A stretch of DNA of 64,000 nt. Source: an uncultured Acidobacteriaceae bacterium (lineage in GTDB: Bacteria; Acidobacteriota; Terriglobia; Terriglobales; Acidobacteriaceae). Below the pieces are notes generated by a model that was given only the letters and a program-made list of their open reading frames with translations, was not told the origin of the DNA and made no database searches. The DNA is taken from assembly GCA_963827415.1 (NCBI GenBank), contig CAWHBA010000021.1, forward strand, positions 163,288 to 227,287. Direction: 5' to 3'. Below are positions 59,219-64,000 of this stretch, piece after piece; the first letter of the stretch is position 1, and each line of letters begins with the position of its first letter. Position numbers and translations under genes: made by a program.

Positions 59219-61846
59219 CTACTGCTGAAAGACGTGGATTCCAGCAAATGATCCGCCGCCTGGTGTGCAGACGAAGGAGGTTGAGGAGATGACCCAGCCC
59301 GCGCCTTGCGGGGTCTGCTGTCCGCAACCCTGCATCTGACCGGGAAGAATGATCTGCTTCTGGTTGAACATGCCACCGGATTGGGTCAGCGTCCCGGTGA
59401 TGGGACCTGTGAAGAGAATCGGCTCACTTGCCTGATAGACATTCGCGAGCGTACCGAAGGAGGTGTAGTCGGTCCCGGAGGGGATGGTCACTGTAGTCCC
59501 GTTGCTGGGCACGCCGCCATCGGGGACCTGCAGGATCCCCGTTTCCATCGGAGCGACCTGCGAGGTTCCGTTGTAGACGTAGTAGCTGTAGAAGCCGGGG
59601 TTGAGGGTGGTTGCGGTCTGCGGCTGGAACTCGAAGAGACCGGCAGCTGTATTGTTAGCGGTTGAATATTGTGTACCAAAACCGACATTCGTGTCGACCA
59701 GATAGAGATAGGGTTCGGCTGTCGTCGAGGTAGTAACCCGGCCAGTGGTGGGCGAGACCGTGTAGTTGAAGGCCCCGACGGCGCCGGGCTGTCCGTTATT
59801 CGCCGTGTAGGTTCCGGACGCATTGACCCACTGGAAGCCGCTCAACTTCCCTGCGGTCGCACTGGTGGGAGCGGGCGTAAGGAGCTGAAGCTCTACACGG
59901 ATCTGCCCATTCGGCCCCTTGGTGCTGAAGGACGTCGTCGACGTGACATTGCCATAGAGCAAGAGAGGCTGACTGCTGAAGGGATTGGCCGCGATATCTG
60001 CGAGATTCTGCTGCTGAGCTCGACCGCCAATGAGACTGTTGTGTGTGTACGGGTCGATCGACATGAAGTAGAAGTTCTGCGGATTCACAGCGTAGATGGC
60101 GAAGTTGCTCGGCCAATCCGGCATGTTCGCGTTAGCAGCGGTCATGATGCTCGCTGTGGTGCGACCCGATGCATCCGTGTTGCCCGCGTTTGCCACCGAG
60201 CCTGAGAGCGCGATGGCGCTGCCGTTGTTCTCGGCAACTGTCACGTCCTCAATCCCAGAGGTGATGGCGCCCGCATCTCCGAAGGCCATGGAGCCTGCGA
60301 GAGAGATGGGACCGCAGGTGTGTACGCCGTAGCAGGTGACCGTAGTATCCGAGACCCCGGAGAAACCTGCCATTCCGAAGGCGTAGCTTCCCGTAAACGG
60401 ACTGTTATTTACGGTGTTAAGAACACTCGGTGATTGCAAGGCCATGGAGCCCTGGGCGCGGATGCCGCTGGAGTTTATCGTGACGTTTGCTCCAATGCCC
60501 GTGGTGTCGTCGAATTGGACAAAGTGGCCCTGAGTGGCGACACCATTTTGGAGAGCAGACAGACTTATCGCAAACGTGATCGGAAATGGCGGCTTGCCTG
60601 GTGGAACGAGCGTGATATAGCCGGTCTGATATCCGGGCACCGGATTGCCGCTCTTATCGACACCATACTGCACGTCATAGGTCCCACCGAGGGTGCTGTA
60701 GCTCGTGATACCCGTGTTGGGATCGTTGATGTCGAGTTTGCCACCCGTAATGTTGCCGTTGCCATCCGCCGTGAAAGAGCCGATGTATTCGATGCCGTTG
60801 TAAGTTGTCTGCACCGAGGTTCCGTCGGTCCATCCGGTAGCGAAGAAGGCATACGAACCGGCCAGAAGACTATTCCCCGTGGGCGCCGCGGGATAGGTTG
60901 TGATCGCGAAAGGCTGCCCGCTTATGGTTGGGGCCGGGGTGTCCGAGTCCGTCACCGTGATCGTTGGATAGGCAGTGCCCTGTGTTCCTGCGGGTGGCGT
61001 CCCGGAGAATGTAAGCGACTGAGGTCCGGTTGTAGCCGTTATCCAGGATGGAAGGTTCGCATAGGAAAACGTATAGGGCGGTATGTTGCCGACCACCTGG
61101 ATCGTTGCAGAGTATGGCTGCCCGGCAATGGCGGCCGGTAGCACGGTGGGTGTGTAAACGTAGATCGCGAGCTTCGGAATGCTCAACGTGACCGAAGCAC
61201 TTTCTCCCGGAGCATAGATGGATGTCGCTGTGACGGTGACGGTCTCAAACCGAGGAGCAGGAGGGGCCAGGAAGGTCGCCTGAGTCGGGGTGGCTCCGCG
61301 AAACGAGCCGCATCCTTCAGTTGAAGCTGCGCAGGTTGAACCAGTGACCGTCCAGGTAACGCCCTGGTTTGAGAGATCGCCCGGCACCGACGCAGTGAAC
61401 AGTGCGGTCGTCAGAGGGATGACTGTAGGGCTGGAGGGTCCGGAGATCTGCACGCTCACCGGATAAACCGTGAGCGTCTGGGACGCCGAGATCGAGGAGT
61501 CGGTTTTGGAGGTCGCCGTGATCGTGACGCTCATCGTGGAGCCGGACAAGGACACCGGAGCGTTGTAAACGACGCTCGTGTCTGTAGCACCAGAGAGCGT
61601 GCCGCATGCGGTGCCTGTGCATCCCGTGGCCTTCGAGATGGTCCAGGTGACGCCCTTAGGGCTGGCAGCTGTGAACATCGTAAAGGTTGCACCAGTGCCT
61701 ACCGTTGTGTTGCCGGGAACAATCGTGACGAACGCATCGGCGAGCTTGGTGCTGCTGCATCCGCCGGTCAATATCAGGCCCAGCGAAAGCATCGCAACCA
61801 CGACGGCAACAAGGCGGCCTTTTGGCGAAACGTTAGTGTTGCCCAT
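59219..61846 (-). CDS. Large surface lipoprotein with Ig-like N-terminal repeats, directly downstream of a TonB receptor
   Basis: ATG 61846 follows GGAGA. MGNTNVSPKGRLVAVVVAMLSLGLILTGGCSS lipobox. Repeated ..GVTWT(I/V)..G..C..GCG(T/S)..ATF.AP.. modules. Ser/Thr/Gly-rich beta-type composition. No family recognised. Confidence 0.6.
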   Translation of the reverse strand: MGNTNVSPKGRLVAVVVAMLSLGLILTGGCSSTKLADAFVTIVPGNTTVGTGATFTMFTAASPKGVTWTISKATGCTGTACGTLSGATDTSVVYNAPVSLSGSTMSVTITATSKTDSSISASQTLTVYPVSVQISGPSSPTVIPLTTALFTASVPGDLSNQGVTWTVTGSTCAASTEGCGSFRGATPTQATFLAPPAPRFETVTVTATSIYAPGESASVTLSIPKLAIYVYTPTVLPAAIAGQPYSATIQVVGNIPPYTFSYANLPSWITATTGPQSLTFSGTPPAGTQGTAYPTITVTDSDTPAPTISGQPFAITTYPAAPTGNSLLAGSYAFFATGWTDGTSVQTTYNGIEYIGSFTADGNGNITGGKLDINDPNTGITSYSTLGGTYDVQYGVDKSGNPVPGYQTGYITLVPPGKPPFPITFAISLSALQNGVATQGHFVQFDDTTGIGANVTINSSGIRAQGSMALQSPSVLNTVNNSPFTGSYAFGMAGFSGVSDTTVTCYGVHTCGPISLAGSMAFGDAGAITSGIEDVTVAENNGSAIALSGSVANAGNTDASGRTTASIMTAANANMPDWPSNFAIYAVNPQNFYFMSIDPYTHNSLIGGRAQQQNLADIAANPFSSQPLLLYGNVTSTTSFSTKGPNGQIRVELQLLTPAPTSATAGKLSGFQWVNASGTYTANNGQPGAVGAFNYTVSPTTGRVTTSTTAEPYLYLVDTNVGFGTQYSTANNTAAGLFEFQPQTATTLNPGFYSYYVYNGTSQVAPMETGILQVPDGGVPSNGTTVTIPSGTDYTSFGTLANVYQASEPILFTGPITGTLTQSGGMFNQKQIILPGQMQGCGQQTPQGAGWVISSTSFVCTPGGGSFAGIHVFQQ

Positions 61847-61888
61847 CTCAGTCTCCACTGTTTGCATTTCAAATATCCTCGCCGGCAC

Positions 61889-64000
61889 TTACCACCGCAG
61901 TTCGAAGGCAAACTCGATCTGTCGCGGGTCGAGTGCCGATCTGTACGCGCCAAAGTTGGCGTCACCCAATGTCACATCCGGGCTGCCGAAGTTCGGATGG
62001 TTGACCATGTTGAACGCTTCGGCGCGGAAGCGAAGATCCAACTTCTCGGTCACCGGGAAGATTTTGAATAACGTGACATTGTTGATGATTGAGCCGGGGC
62101 CAAGAATATTGCCGACCGGCGCGTTACCAAACATGCCGTTGAAGTTGTTACCGGTTGCGCCCGGAGTGCAAAAGTTCTGGGTGGGGTCGACGTTGGGCAC
62201 GATGAAGGAACATGTGCTGAAGAAGGGGCCAAAAGGTAAATTCCCAGAGCTGACGGGGTTTATCGGATGAGGTCCTTTGAATCGCTGCAACGGAACGGCG
62301 GGATTCATGTTCGGACGGGTGGTGATACCGTGATTCGCGGTGGAAAGACCTGCAGAGTACGAGAGCCCCGACAGGAAGGCGGTGACCGCTGAAAACTCCC
62401 AGCCGCCAAAGGTCTTCTTGGTCCAACCGGTTTGTGTGAACCAGGGCAGATGGTAGATGAGAGCACTCGAAAAGCTCAGGTGCTGATTAAGCTGAGTATT
62501 TCCGTAGTCCCTCATCGGATGGTAGGCATCCTGCACGCCGGAGTTTTCATCGGCATAACCCTGCTGGCTCGGTACATCCGCAAGACCGTGAGACCAGGTG
62601 AACTGCGCGCGGAAGGTCAGATCGTGACCGACCGGATGACGAAGGCTTGTCTCCAATGCATTCCAGTTCGCAATGCCTGTTGAGGTTGCGTAGTTGATGG
62701 TTGAGTATCCCCGGTACGGCGCGTAATACGCGGTGCTGATCCCACCTTTGTTGATCTCGGGGTTGTAGTCGTAACCCTGGTAGGGCAGCATTTGATTCAC
62801 ATTCAGTTCCAAGGGAAGATTGCGCCCGGCCACACCTGCACCGGCAATCTCGATCCACCAGTTGGTTCCGAACTCCTGCTGCACACTGAGGCTATAGCTG
62901 TGAATCTTGGCCGCCTGAATGTTATTGATGTCTTCCCCGAAGATGTTCGGAGCTGAAGGGATCGTCGTCTGACCGTTGAGCGGGTTCGGAAAGGTCGCGC
63001 CCGTGAGATTGATCTGCGTGACCGCAGGCTGGCCGATGCAGCTGTCCTGGCAATCGCTGCTCGAGCCGGATTTGAGGTAGTTGATGGCATAACCGCCGCG
63101 AATGGAAACGCGGCCATTGCCGTAAATATCCCAGGCAAAACCGACCGACGGCGAGATGTAGTTCTTATGAGCGTTGGAAAGATTGAGCGGAATTCCGTTG
63201 AGCCCGTTATAGATGAGGCCGTTGACCGGATTGTAGTTGGGCGTTAGCACCAGCGCGCCGGTCTGCGAAACGCCGGGCGCCGCACTGGGATCGAACTTCG
63301 AAGGGTCAAAGGATGTCGCATAGCCCTGGTCCGCTTTCGCGAAAGGCATATAAGAATAGCGGACGCCCGCCGTGAGGGTGAGACGAGGAAGAACCTTCCA
63401 CACATCTTCCGCATACGGAGAGTAGATCGGGTAGGTCAGCTTCTTGCGAACCATGGCGCTGCCCTGAACGAAGGTGTTCGCAGCGCCCACAAGGAAGTCC
63501 GCGATCGGAGTTCCTGTGTAATTTCCATTGAAGTTGAACGTACCGGTGTTATTTACCGCCTGCGTGTTAATGCGGGAACGGCCGAGCAGGAAGGTTCCAC
63601 CTGCGGCAAGGTTGTGTTTGCCATGCGACCAGCTCCAGTTGTCGGTCAGCGTTTCGGCCAGGTACGCCGTGCGCCACTGCGTATCCGTGGAGTTAGTTCC
63701 GATAGTGGTCCAACCGTTCGAGAAGGTAATCTGCGGAAGCCACTGGCCATCCAGTCCAATGATCGTTCCGGGATAAGGAAGCTGCGATGAATAGCCGGGA
63801 ACCTGCGAGTTGAGATGAATGCCGCCGTAGGTGTGCGTCACCACATAGCGGTCCATGGCGACACTGATCTGATTCAGCATCGTCTGGCCGATCTGCTCGT
63901 TCAGGTGAACTTGCGCGGCGGAATCATTGTTATAGAAAAGGTCCCAGTTGTAGGGCGACAGTGAGCCCATGCGGCTTGCGGAGGGGAGCTGGTTTCGCAC
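61889..64000 (-). CDS. TonB-dependent receptor, C-terminal ~700 aa (5' end outside the window)
   Basis: Open to the window edge; beta-barrel-type sequence ending ..DPRQIEFAFELRW. Same family look as 28194-31736. Confidence 0.8.
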   Translation of the reverse strand: MRNQLPSASRMGSLSPYNWDLFYNNDSAAQVHLNEQIGQTMLNQISVAMDRYVVTHTYGGIHLNSQVPGYSSQLPYPGTIIGLDGQWLPQITFSNGWTTIGTNSTDTQWRTAYLAETLTDNWSWSHGKHNLAAGGTFLLGRSRINTQAVNNTGTFNFNGNYTGTPIADFLVGAANTFVQGSAMVRKKLTYPIYSPYAEDVWKVLPRLTLTAGVRYSYMPFAKADQGYATSFDPSKFDPSAAPGVSQTGALVLTPNYNPVNGLIYNGLNGIPLNLSNAHKNYISPSVGFAWDIYGNGRVSIRGGYAINYLKSGSSSDCQDSCIGQPAVTQINLTGATFPNPLNGQTTIPSAPNIFGEDINNIQAAKIHSYSLSVQQEFGTNWWIEIAGAGVAGRNLPLELNVNQMLPYQGYDYNPEINKGGISTAYYAPYRGYSTINYATSTGIANWNALETSLRHPVGHDLTFRAQFTWSHGLADVPSQQGYADENSGVQDAYHPMRDYGNTQLNQHLSFSSALIYHLPWFTQTGWTKKTFGGWEFSAVTAFLSGLSYSAGLSTANHGITTRPNMNPAVPLQRFKGPHPINPVSSGNLPFGPFFSTCSFIVPNVDPTQNFCTPGATGNNFNGMFGNAPVGNILGPGSIINNVTLFKIFPVTEKLDLRFRAEAFNMVNHPNFGSPDVTLGDANFGAYRSALDPRQIEFAFELRW

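Overview
High-GC (~60%) chromosomal window. It looks acidobacterial, an inference from CarboxypepD_reg-type TonB receptors, GH79/GH39/GH106/CE15 plant-polymer genes and hopanoid hpn genes.

Layout:
- (i) 1-6.5 kb: a minus-strand phage head-morphogenesis module (HNH, portal, scaffold-like, P22-type coat, one more structural gene). Its genes are readable only by stitching frames. It is interrupted by a 582-nt block of concatenated homopolymers (3175-3756) that looks non-biological, and it ends abruptly against a 5'-truncated hpnJ.
- (ii) 6.5-28 kb: housekeeping and envelope genes. These include hpnJ, a repeat-bearing beta-propeller lipoprotein, an O-methyltransferase, pfkA, a half-size EamA pair, hpnE-hpnD-hpnC with an in-frame upstream Zn-ADH, mlaEF, a dienelactone hydrolase, a PP2C phosphatase, a DtxR-type regulator with mntH, and a translationally coupled LacI / HpnG-like nucleosidase / Zn-ADH string.
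- (iii) 28-40 kb: a TonB-receptor/glycosidase locus (2x GH39, GH144-like, DUF5054-like, GH79) with a candidate LacI operator.
- (iv) 40-52.6 kb: a sugar-catabolic island whose four promoters share a 24-nt motif.
- (v) 52.6-64 kb: CE12 (tandem), CE15, GH106-like, and a lipoprotein plus TonB receptor.

Best candidate for an undescribed system: the gene set of island (iv) fits a non-canonical sulfoquinovose (sulfo-EMP-like) route feeding a SuyAB/ComC-type sulfolactate desulfonation module. This is inference only.

Major caveat: I find at least 16 reading-frame breaks in chromosomal genes and more than 15 in the phage part. Most are fixable by +/-1 nt in short homopolymers. Indel-type sequence error is therefore at least as likely as pseudogenisation. 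No rRNA, tRNA or CRISPR array was seen.
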